The translations under genes were made by a program, and so were the position numbers. This document shows positions 33,587 through 41,676 of a stretch of 64,000 bases of DNA, one piece after another. Every line of letters begins with the position of its first letter. Position 1 is the stretch's first letter. The stretch spans positions 2,801,300 through 2,865,299 of the forward strand of contig CBDCCN010000004.1 of assembly GCA_965214865.1 (NCBI GenBank). Reading direction: 5' to 3'. The notes under the pieces were generated by a model, which worked only from the letters and a program-made list of their open reading frames with translations, searched no databases and was not told where the DNA came from. The DNA is from Vicinamibacterales bacterium. Its GTDB lineage: Bacteria > Acidobacteriota > Vicinamibacteria > Vicinamibacterales > UBA8438.

Positions 33587-34636
33587 ATGGGCAGCACGCT
33601 CCCGTCGCTCGTTTCGCGGCAGCTCCCGCTGGCTTCGGCGCGCGAGCAGTTGGCGACGCTGCACCGCCTCCCTCTGGCGCGTGAGTTCGCGGAGGCGCTA
33701 GACGAGACCGGTCTGTATCCCCTGCGCCCGACCGGCATCGAGATCCTGCAGATCAACGTCGGCAAGCTCTGCAACCAGACCTGCGTGCACTGCCACGTCG
33801 ATGCGGGTCCGGATCGGCGGGAGATCATGACCCGCGAGACGATGGCGCAGTGCGTCGACGCCCTGAAGCGGACCGCGATAGCGACCGTCGACGTCACGGG
33901 CGGCGCCCCGGAGCTCAACCCGAACTTTCGCTGGCTCGTCGAGCGGTGCGCCGCGCTCGACCGCCACGTGATCGATCGCTGCAACCTCACCGTGCTCGGT
34001 CTGCCGTCGCAGGCGGACCTCGCGGAGTTCCTCGCCGAGCACCAGGTCGAGGTGGTCTGCTCGCTGCCGCACTACCGCCGGCTCAACACCGACAGGCAGC
34101 GGGGCGACGGCGTATTCGACAGGTCGATTGCAGGTCTTCGAAAGTTGAACGCGGTCGGCTACGGCGACGAATCGTCGGGGCTGCGCCTCGTGCTGGTGAC
34201 GAACCCGGTCGGGGCGTACCTGCCGGCGGGGCAGGCCTCACTGGAGCGGGAGTGGAAGTGCGAGCTCGACCGCCTGTACGGCATCCGGTTCAACGCGCTC
34301 CACACCATCACCAACATGCCGATCAGCCGCTTTCTGGAGTGGCTGGTCGACTCGTCCAACCTGGAACGCTACATGGAGCGGCTGGTTGCGAGCTACAACC
34401 CGGCCGCCGCGGGCGGGGTGATGTGCCGCAACACGCTGTCCGTCGGGTGGGACGGCGTGTTGTACGACTGCGACTTCAACCAGATGCTGGATCTGCCGGT
34501 GGAGCCGGGCGCCCCGCGCCACATCGCCGACTTCGACCTCGCCGCCCTCGAAGCGCGGTCGATCGTCGTCGACCGCCACTGCTTCGGCTGCACCGCCGGC
34601 GCCGGATCGAGCTGCTCGGGCGCCACCGTCGTGTAA
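33587..34636 (+). CDS. arsS: ArsS-type radical SAM / Cys-rich domain protein (arsenosugar biosynthesis family)
   Basis: Radical-SAM CxxxCxxC is in LQINVGKLCNQTCVHCHVDAGPDRRE. The middle block is TNMPISRFLEWL. The C-terminal Cys-rich tail is VMCRNTLSVGWDGVLYDCDFNQML...DRHCFGCTAGAGSSCSGA. There is no in-frame TGA, so this is the Cys form. Confidence 0.85.
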   Translation: MGSTLPSLVSRQLPLASAREQLATLHRLPLAREFAEALDETGLYPLRPTGIEILQINVGKLCNQTCVHCHVDAGPDRREIMTRETMAQCVDALKRTAIATVDVTGGAPELNPNFRWLVERCAALDRHVIDRCNLTVLGLPSQADLAEFLAEHQVEVVCSLPHYRRLNTDRQRGDGVFDRSIAGLRKLNAVGYGDESSGLRLVLVTNPVGAYLPAGQASLEREWKCELDRLYGIRFNALHTITNMPISRFLEWLVDSSNLERYMERLVASYNPAAAGGVMCRNTLSVGWDGVLYDCDFNQMLDLPVEPGAPRHIADFDLAALEARSIVVDRHCFGCTAGAGSSCSGATVV

Positions 34637-34765
34637 CCCCGGCCCGTGTTCAGTCCGTTTCGCCGGTCCTCGATCGGCGCTTCCGCCAAACGGACAAAGC
34701 CGGGGGGCGCGATGCCCACCCCGGCTTCGAGGGCTGCCGATCGGCGACGGGGCGCCGCCGCTCCC

Positions 34766-35932
34766 CTACGCGATGATCACGTTCCGCGGGAACTGCTCGT
34801 GGGACTCGAGGAACGTCAGCTTGTCCCCGAGCTCCTCCGCGGTCGGCTGCACGTTGCCGTTGACGTCGGTCACGCGGGAGACAACCGTGTGCTCGCCGGG
34901 GGCGGCGCCTTCCCAGCGGTAGTTGAAGAACTTCCAGCCGTACTTCTCGCGCATCGTCTCCGGGTCGAGCGCGGCCGGCTGCCAAGGGCCGTCGTCGATC
35001 CGCACCTCGACCGAGTCGATCGGCGTGCCGTCGTTCAGCACGACGCCGAAGACGTTGTGCGCGCCGTCGACCGCGGTGACTCGGGCGACGTACGACTTGA
35101 GCCGCATCGTCGAGATGGCGGTTTCCACCCACTTCATCTCGCCGTTGATCATCTCGCCCTTCAGCGTCCGGTACGAGCGGGCCTGCCAGCGGCCGAGGTA
35201 CTGGTCCTTCTGCGCGTGGACCTCGGCCACCCACTTCACGTTCGGCGCGCCGTACCAGCCGGGAACCAGCAGCCGCAGCGGACGGCCCTGGTGCTCGGAG
35301 AGCGGCTCGCCGTTCAGGGCGTAGGCGAGCAGCGGCTCGTCGGAGAGCGCCTGATCCCGCTCGAGGCTCCGGCCGTACTGCTGTTCGACGCTGAAGGTCC
35401 GGCCGCGCCACAGCACCTCCTCCTCGCCGCGGTCGGCGCCGAAGAAGACGAACTCGCGCGCGGCGTCCTGCACGCCGGCCCGCTGGAGCACGGTGCGCAG
35501 GGAGACGCCGGTCCAGCGGCCGTTGCTCGACAGGCCGTTCAGCGGGCCGCGGTTGCCGGAGCACTCGAAGCCGAAGATCAGCTCGCGGCTCGGCATGGCG
35601 CGCAGGTCGTCCATCGACAGCTCCAGCGGGGTGTCGACCAGGCCGGAGACGCGCAGGCGGTACGACGCCACGTCGACGTTCGGGTGGCCGTAGTGCTGCG
35701 TCGTGAAGAACTGATCGTTGGGCGTGAACGGGCCCTCGATGCGGCGGACGTCGATGATCCGCCGCTCCGCATCCCGGATCCACCGCACGTCGTCCGAGAC
35801 GTCGGTGAACTCCATCAGCGTCTCGCCCTGCGCGAGCGCCGGGAACGCCCATTCGGGCATGCCGATCACCCCGAGCCCCGCCATCGCCAAGCTTCCCTTC
35901 AGGATCTCACGCCGAGTGGTTTCTTTCGCCAT
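34766..35932 (-). CDS. molybdopterin-dependent oxidoreductase of the sulfite-oxidase family (TAT-exported, with dimerisation domain)
   Basis: TAT signal is MAKETTRREILKGSLAMAGLGVIGMP. Contains FFTTQHYGHP, a candidate Mo-ligand Cys in FGFECSGNRG, PLRLLVPGWYGAPNVKWV and a C-terminal Ig-like part. Confidence 0.85.
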   Translation of the reverse strand: MAKETTRREILKGSLAMAGLGVIGMPEWAFPALAQGETLMEFTDVSDDVRWIRDAERRIIDVRRIEGPFTPNDQFFTTQHYGHPNVDVASYRLRVSGLVDTPLELSMDDLRAMPSRELIFGFECSGNRGPLNGLSSNGRWTGVSLRTVLQRAGVQDAAREFVFFGADRGEEEVLWRGRTFSVEQQYGRSLERDQALSDEPLLAYALNGEPLSEHQGRPLRLLVPGWYGAPNVKWVAEVHAQKDQYLGRWQARSYRTLKGEMINGEMKWVETAISTMRLKSYVARVTAVDGAHNVFGVVLNDGTPIDSVEVRIDDGPWQPAALDPETMREKYGWKFFNYRWEGAAPGEHTVVSRVTDVNGNVQPTAEELGDKLTFLESHEQFPRNVIIA

Positions 35933-36328
35933 CTTTGCCCCTTTCCGATTTCGTCCGCCGTCCGAGTCTCACTGGTCAATCTACTGCCGCTCCGTGGCGG
36001 ATGGTGCTCACGACCGTCCGTGTTTCGGGCGCGATGCGTCCCGCTATCTTAGCGATGGAGCCGTCGCGCCCGCAACCGGCGCCGCTGGCGGGGTGCGATG
36101 GCGGCGGGAACCGCGCAGTTCCCATCGCAAGCGGCCGTCGGGGGACGCTGGACGTATAGAGCGGCCCCGCGCCGCGGGCGTGGGAGGTCTCCGGCCCGTC
36201 GACTGGCCCGCGCGACGTTGCGCCGAAGCGCAGGTTGCGGGAAGATGCACGGAGTGCGTGTGTCCGGGGGCGGACTTCAGTGCCGGTGCATCGGGGGACG
36301 GGTCCGTGCCCCGACGGAGGTGACCATC

Positions 36329-37321
36329 ATGCAGTCTCGACGTTTCGCGACCTTGTTGCTGGTGTTGGCAGTCGTGACCTGGACGGCGCCGCCTTCTTTC
36401 GGGCAGTCCGCGGGCTCTTGGGAGCTGCCGCGCACCCCGGACGGCCGGCCCGATCTGCAGGGGGTCTGGCTCAACAACGTGGCGACGCCGCTCGAACGGC
36501 TTCCGTCCCTGGCCGGCCGTTCGCATCTGACGCGGGAGGAAGTGGCGACGCTGACGGCGCGCGCCGAGCGCATCTTCGCCAACGGACGCAGCGCGTTCAC
36601 GACGCCCGAGGGCGCGTTCCGGGCGGCGCTGCAGAACGTCGAGACCTACATCGCGTGGTCGACCAGCAGCTCGATCGGGATGGTCGACGTGACGTTCACG
36701 GACCGGACGTCGCTCGTCGTCGACCCGCCGGACGGGCGGATACCCGCACTCACCCCGGCCGCCGAGGCGCGCGAGGCGGCGGTCGACCACGGCTGGGAGT
36801 TCAAGACCGGCCCGGAAGATCTCAACAGCATCCACCGCTGCATCACGACCGGGGTGCCGCGGCTCGGCGGCAACTTCGGCGCGGGACCGTACACCTTCTA
36901 CCAGATAGTCCAGACGCCCACTCATCTGGCCTTCATCAGCGAGGCGTTCCACGACGCGCGGATCATCCCGATCGGAGACCGGCCGCACCTGCCGGAGGAC
37001 GTCCGCCAGTGGAACGGGGATTCCCGCGGCCGCTGGGAGGGCGACACGCTGGTCGTGGAGACGACCAACTTCTCGCCCAAGAGCTACTACCGCGGCGCCG
37101 CCGACGGCCTGCACCTGGTGGAGCGGTTCACGCGCACCGGGCCGGACACGCTGGCCTACCGCGTGACGCTGACCGACCCCGGGACGTGGGCCTCGTCGTG
37201 GACGGCCGAGGCGCCGCTGCAGCGGCGCGACCAGCCAATCTACGAGTTCGCCTGCCACGAGGGCAACAAGTCGATCGTGGGGATGCTGCGGACCGCCCGG
37301 CTGGAAGACGCCGGCCGCTGA
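36329..37321 (+). CDS. PDLQG/WEGDTLV family, copy P2
   Basis: The ATG at 36329 follows GGAGGTGA. N-terminus is MQSRRFATLLLVLAVVTWTAPPSFGQ. Motifs: PRTPDGRPDLQGVW, TSLVVDPPDGRIPALTP, HRCI, YQIVQTPTHLAFISE, ARIIPIGDRPHLP, WNGDSRGRWEGDTLVVETTNF, ERFTR, YEFACHEGN. Confidence 0.85.
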   Translation: MQSRRFATLLLVLAVVTWTAPPSFGQSAGSWELPRTPDGRPDLQGVWLNNVATPLERLPSLAGRSHLTREEVATLTARAERIFANGRSAFTTPEGAFRAALQNVETYIAWSTSSSIGMVDVTFTDRTSLVVDPPDGRIPALTPAAEAREAAVDHGWEFKTGPEDLNSIHRCITTGVPRLGGNFGAGPYTFYQIVQTPTHLAFISEAFHDARIIPIGDRPHLPEDVRQWNGDSRGRWEGDTLVVETTNFSPKSYYRGAADGLHLVERFTRTGPDTLAYRVTLTDPGTWASSWTAEAPLQRRDQPIYEFACHEGNKSIVGMLRTARLEDAGR

Positions 37322-37390
37322 CGAGAGGAGGACGGCAATCGTCGAGCCGGCGCTGGGCGGACACCCGCGCACATACGCCCGCCATCGCAC

Positions 37391-38032
37391 TCACGCACCC
37401 GATTCCGGGGCGTCGAAGACGGCGGATACGTCGGCGGCGAAGACTGCGAGCAGTGGCGACGTGGACACCCCGCCGCGACCGAACACACCGTGCTGGACAT
37501 ACGCACCCCCTTCGAGCGTGAGCACGGTGATCGTCTCGTTACGGGGGTCGGCGATCCAGTACTCCGGAATGCCTCCCTCGGCGTAGTCCGCGCGTTTCTC
37601 GACCAGATCCCGCTCCGGGGCGTCGGGGCTGACGACCTCGACCACCAGGTCCGCGCCCAGCCAGTAGCGGTCCTGGCGGCGGGGATCCGAGCGGTCGCGT
37701 AACATCAGCAGGTCCGGCTCGCGGAACTTGCCCTCGCGGATGCGCATGCGCAGCGCGGAGAACCTCACGATTCCGCCGCGCGGTTCGAGATGGTCGTGGA
37801 ACAGGCGGTAGAGGAACGCGAGGACGGCCTGATGCGTGTCGGTCGGCATGGGCAGTTCCTCGACGTGCCCGTCGGTAAACTCGATCAGGCGGCCGGTGTG
37901 ATCGGTGAGCCACAGGTAGGCATCGTCGCTCCAGGCTCCCTGGGACGGCAGGATGTCGCACAGCAGGGAGGCCAGGGCATTCCGGGGGGCCGGGGCGGTC
38001 GGCGCGGATTCGACGGTTGTCATGGCATTCAT
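37391..38032 (-). CDS. Uma2-family (DUF820) putative endonuclease
   Basis: ATG at 38032 (or 38023). Contains REPDLLMLRDR, ADLVVEVVSPDAPERDLVEKRADYAEGGIPEYWIADP. The N-terminal extension in the track ORF was rejected. Confidence 0.8.
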   Translation of the reverse strand: MNAMTTVESAPTAPAPRNALASLLCDILPSQGAWSDDAYLWLTDHTGRLIEFTDGHVEELPMPTDTHQAVLAFLYRLFHDHLEPRGGIVRFSALRMRIREGKFREPDLLMLRDRSDPRRQDRYWLGADLVVEVVSPDAPERDLVEKRADYAEGGIPEYWIADPRNETITVLTLEGGAYVQHGVFGRGGVSTSPLLAVFAADVSAVFDAPESGA

Positions 38033-38238
38033 CGTAGCGTGTTCAATGGCTTCAAGACTCCCGACGCGGCCCCGGGAGAGAGCTGCGCCTACCGGAAACC
38101 GCGGGTCCGGCCGGCCTTTATCCAGGGCGACTGAAGCGCGGGGGCTCGACGCGCCGGCAGCAAGCGCGGAACGCGGGCACGGTGCGCCATGAACGTCTCC
38201 CTGGAGTCGATAGCGCGTAATGCGGGCCGCGGACGGAA

Positions 38239-38276
38239 GAACGCCCGCGAGGGCCGGAGCGGCCCCGCGGGCGTTC
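38239..38276 (-). terminator. strong GC hairpin downstream of the P4-P3-DUF6152 operon
   Basis: GAACGCCCGCG-a-GGGCC-ggagc-GGCCC-CGCGGGCGTTC, 16 bp paired in total. It lies 16 nt beyond the stop at 38292. On the minus strand it is followed by TTCCGTCC. Confidence 0.5.
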
Positions 38277-38291
38277 AACGTGAGGAGAGAC

Positions 38292-38726
38292 CTACTCCGG
38301 CTCGGTCGGATCCCGGCCGTCGCGCGGGGCGCCGGTGCCGGACGATCCGGCGAAGAGCCGCGTCCCGTCGGGGAACGTCACGTCACGGCCGTTGGCGCGC
38401 AACGCGCCGTCGATCGCCTGGTAGCCCTCGACGAACACCTCGGTGCCCGGGGTGACCGAATCCCGGCGCCAGCCGCGGCGCACCAGGGCTCCCGGCGGGC
38501 CGGCCTCGATCATCCAGTTCTCGACCGTGCCGTCCTCCCTCGTCACCTCGAGATGCATCCAGGCGTGCGGGTTGATCCACTCCATCCTGGTGATCTTGCC
38601 CCGCAGCGCCACCGGCTTCGTCGCGTCGAACTCGGCCGAGAACGCATGATGCGCGAGCGCCGAGCCGCCCGCCACCAGGATGGCGAGCGCGATGCCCGCC
38701 AGGGTCGTTGCCAGTCTGTTCCGCAT
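38292..38726 (-). CDS. DUF6152-family secreted protein
   Basis: Signal peptide ends ...GGSALAHHAFSAEFDATKPVALRGKITRMEWINPHAWMHLEV...WMIEAGPPGALVRRGW. This matches my memory of the HHSF.AEFD...W.NPH pattern of DUF6152. Confidence 0.75.
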   Translation of the reverse strand: MRNRLATTLAGIALAILVAGGSALAHHAFSAEFDATKPVALRGKITRMEWINPHAWMHLEVTREDGTVENWMIEAGPPGALVRRGWRRDSVTPGTEVFVEGYQAIDGALRANGRDVTFPDGTRLFAGSSGTGAPRDGRDPTEPE

Positions 38727-38772
38727 CGGTGATACCTCGCTGTCGTGCTGTTGCGGGTGCGTGACGGCCGAT

Positions 38773-40536
38773 CTACCGGCCGGCCGCCTCCGCCGCCTCG
38801 CGGTCGCGCGCCCGCGCGCCGCTCAGGATGTTGAACATGCCGTAGTTGCCCTCGTGACAGGCGTACTCGACCAGCTCGTACTGCTCGTCGTCCATGTCGA
38901 ACGTGAAGCGGCCGGTGAAGGGCGCGGTCCACACGACCGGGTCGTCCACCGTGAACTGATACTCGAGCCGCGTCGGGCTGATCCGCGTGAACCGCTCGGT
39001 CAGTATCATGTCGGGACTCGACCCGCGGTACGATGCCCGGCCGTTGAAGTTGGTCGTCTCGACCACCAGCGTGTCGCCGTCCCAGCGGCCCTGCGGGCTG
39101 CCGAGCCACGAGGTCAGCAGGGGGCCGTCCTTCGGTCGCGGGGCCGTCGGAATCACCCGCGTCTCGTGGATCATCTCCTTCTGGATCGCGACGAAACCGG
39201 GTCCCTGGTAGATCTGCAGGCCGTTGTTGTAGACCCCCGGGAACATCAGCCCCGGCAGCCCGCGCGTGATGCACCGGACGTACGGCGTCGCCTCCTCCGG
39301 ACCGGCGATGTTGCTGGTGGTGTAGCGGGCGCGGTCGCGCGCCACCGCCGCCGCCCGGCGCTCGCCTTCCGGCGTCAACGCGGGGATCCGGCCGTCGGGC
39401 GGGTCGATGATCATCGCCACCTGCGTGGAAGGCGCGTTCTTGTCGTAGCCGAGGGTGGTGTCGCGCCACTCCCGCTCGTAGCCCCAGATGCTGCCGAGGG
39501 TGCCGCGCTCGCGGCGCGCCGCCGCCTGCTCCGGCGTCAACGTCTCGAGATCGGCCACGTCGTCCGGGCGCTCCAGCGGGATGCCGTGCGAGGCGTTGCC
39601 GGTCCAGACGCCCTGCAGATCGGGCTCGTCCCAGGGGGTGCGGGGCGTGTCGTAGGGTTCGGTCACGTCGGCGAACACCGGCGCCGTGCCGGTCGCGTCC
39701 ACACCCGCGAAGCCGGTCTCGACGAGCGCCAGCCGCACGTTGTCGGGCCCGTAGATGAAGGCCCGCGGCACCGCCGCGCGGGCGTTCTCCGGTACCACCG
39801 GATCTTCCTGGAACTCGACCCCGGCCTCGCGCAGCTCGGCCGCGGCTGCTTCGAGGTCGTCGACGACGAAGCCGATGTGGTCGACGGCGCGGCCCTCGGT
39901 GGTGGCCGGCGTGCCCTCCCCGTGCTCGGAGGCGAAGAGCCAGACGCTCTCGAACCGCAGGCCCTCCTCCTGGCCCGCGTGTACGGCCCGCTCACCGCCG
40001 AGCATCTGCCGGTACCAACCGAGGGTCTCCTCGGGGTCGGTCGCGCTCAGGTGGATGTGGTGGAAGCCGAGGTGCTCCCGGTCCTCCAGCAGCTCGATCC
40101 GCGTGCCCCACGGGTCGAAGATGTAGCCGTGCAGGTAGCCGCCCGGGGCCTCCCGCAGCGTTGCGCCGCCGGGGAAGCGCTGCAGCCGCACGCCGGAGCC
40201 GCGGACGCCGACCGCCTCGAGATCGGCCATCTTCGCCGTCACGTCGGGGAAGGAGAACCCGATGTGGTTGACGCCGGTTCCCTGCGTGCTGCCGATCGTC
40301 GGCTGCGGGACGAAGGTCACCTCCATGCCGTGACAGTCGGCGGTGTCGTTGCGGTCGGCGACCGCCTCGCAGTCGAGGTGGCGCGAGTACCAGCGCACCG
40401 ACTCGGGCGGCGCGGGCGAGGTGATCTGGACGTGGTGGTAGTCGGCGTCCGCCGCCCGGACTTCGTCCGGCGCCGCACCGACGAGCACTCCCACGGCGAG
40501 GAGCGCAAGCGCAACGCGTGTCGATTTCAGTGTCAT
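38773..40536 (-). CDS. fusion protein: signal peptide + two VOC/glyoxalase-type domains + PDLQG/WEGDTLV family domain (copy P3)
   Basis: ATG at 40536 with GGAGGAA upstream (MTLKSTRVALALLAVGVLVGA). VOC modules: YHHVQI...VNHIGFSFPD...IFDPWGTRIELLE and FHHIHLSATD...VDHIGFVVDD...YGPDNVRLALVE. Then PRTPWDEPDLQGVW, IIDPPDGRIPALTPEG, VRCI, YNNGLQIYQGPGFVAI, TRVIPT, WLGSPQGRWDGDTLVVETTNF, ERFTR, VEYACHEGN. The 878-aa track ORF runs through the upstream gene and was split. Confidence 0.85.
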   Translation of the reverse strand: MTLKSTRVALALLAVGVLVGAAPDEVRAADADYHHVQITSPAPPESVRWYSRHLDCEAVADRNDTADCHGMEVTFVPQPTIGSTQGTGVNHIGFSFPDVTAKMADLEAVGVRGSGVRLQRFPGGATLREAPGGYLHGYIFDPWGTRIELLEDREHLGFHHIHLSATDPEETLGWYRQMLGGERAVHAGQEEGLRFESVWLFASEHGEGTPATTEGRAVDHIGFVVDDLEAAAAELREAGVEFQEDPVVPENARAAVPRAFIYGPDNVRLALVETGFAGVDATGTAPVFADVTEPYDTPRTPWDEPDLQGVWTGNASHGIPLERPDDVADLETLTPEQAAARRERGTLGSIWGYEREWRDTTLGYDKNAPSTQVAMIIDPPDGRIPALTPEGERRAAAVARDRARYTTSNIAGPEEATPYVRCITRGLPGLMFPGVYNNGLQIYQGPGFVAIQKEMIHETRVIPTAPRPKDGPLLTSWLGSPQGRWDGDTLVVETTNFNGRASYRGSSPDMILTERFTRISPTRLEYQFTVDDPVVWTAPFTGRFTFDMDDEQYELVEYACHEGNYGMFNILSGARARDREAAEAAGR

Positions 40537-40568
40537 GACGCGATTCCTCCGCGGTCCGATCGACCGCT

Positions 40569-41393
40569 CTAACGGGTCGGCTCCCTGCGCAGATGCCCGT
40601 ACAGGAGATCCTCCGAGTACTCGACGCACTTGAATTCCAGCACCCGCGCATTCTCCTCCAGCCGCCGGTACAGCAGCAGGCTGATGTCCCACGGCCGGGT
40701 GAACACGGTGGGATCCTCGATGGTGGCCTCGTAGCGGATCACGTTGGGTCCGAGCGGCGTGTAGCGCTCCTGCACCCGCAACGCGCTGCTGGCGAAGTTG
40801 CCGGCGCGGTCGAACCACGCCTCGCCGTTGAAGCCCTCGGCGTCGACGACGAGCGTGTCGCCCTCCCACCGGCCGTGCGAGCGGCCCATCCAGCTGTCGA
40901 TGGGCGCCGGCTCCGGATTTTCCTTGTCCATGTGGACGGTCCGGTTCGCCTCCGCGAAGCCGTAGATCATCAGGATCTTGCGGTCGCCCTGGATGATCCG
41001 GAACGGGTAGGGCATGTAGTTGGCGCGCGGCACCCCCGGCATGAAGCACTTCGCCTCCGGATCCGCGCTCATGCGGTTCGCGAAGTTCTCGTCCCGCTGC
41101 TGCCGCGCCGCGGCCTGGTAGGGGATCTCGTCCCCGACGACCACGCCCTGGCCGGGCGGGATCGCGCCGATCGCGCCGAGGTCGGGATGCCCGGGGCCGG
41201 AGGGATGATCCTCGAGGTTCCAGTTCGCCGAGCTCATCGTCTGCCAGACGCCGTTCAGGTCCGGCCGGTCGTCCCAGGCGCGCGGGACGTCGCCGCTCTG
41301 CGCGAACGACGGGGCGGCTGCGAGCGCCAGGACCACGGCGGCCAGCCCGGCGCAGATGCGGACGAGGTGCGAAGCGGGATGCGTTTTCGTCAT
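40569..41393 (-). CDS. short divergent member of the PDLQG/WEGDTLV family (copy P4)
   Basis: ATG at 41393 (MTKTHPASHLVRICAGLAAVVLALAAAPSFAQ). Motifs: PRAWDDRPDLNGVW, KCFMPGVPR, FRIIQGDRKILMIYGF, NRTVHMD, WMGRSHGRWEGDTLVVDAEGFN, ERYT. The C-terminus is LEFKCVEYSED instead of YACHEGN. The SD is weak. Confidence 0.8.
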   Translation of the reverse strand: MTKTHPASHLVRICAGLAAVVLALAAAPSFAQSGDVPRAWDDRPDLNGVWQTMSSANWNLEDHPSGPGHPDLGAIGAIPPGQGVVVGDEIPYQAAARQQRDENFANRMSADPEAKCFMPGVPRANYMPYPFRIIQGDRKILMIYGFAEANRTVHMDKENPEPAPIDSWMGRSHGRWEGDTLVVDAEGFNGEAWFDRAGNFASSALRVQERYTPLGPNVIRYEATIEDPTVFTRPWDISLLLYRRLEENARVLEFKCVEYSEDLLYGHLRREPTR

Positions 41394-41676
41394 GTGCGGA
41401 GCCACTCATTCACAAAGGGACGCGGTGCGCTGCGAAGCGCGCGAACACGGTGTGCCGGCGCGATGGCGGGCGTGACCTGATTCGAACCGGCGATCTCTGC
41501 GCTGACAACGCAGCGTCTTGACCACTTGACCACACGCCCGGAACTCGTCGCTGTACCCCCCTCGTTCGGCCGCGCGGCAGCCGTCGGGGCCATGGTCCGA
41601 TAATGATACCAGCGACGGCGTCCGACGGCGAAGGTGTGCCGGCGCCGGTTTGCTCGCGGCGTTCGGGACCGCGGTT

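Noticed and set aside
33587-34636. Selenocysteine recoding in ArsS (the family is named a (seleno)protein).
   Set aside because: The ORF is continuous with Cys in the C-terminal SSCSG position. There is no in-frame TGA, and I saw no SECIS-like hairpin requirement.
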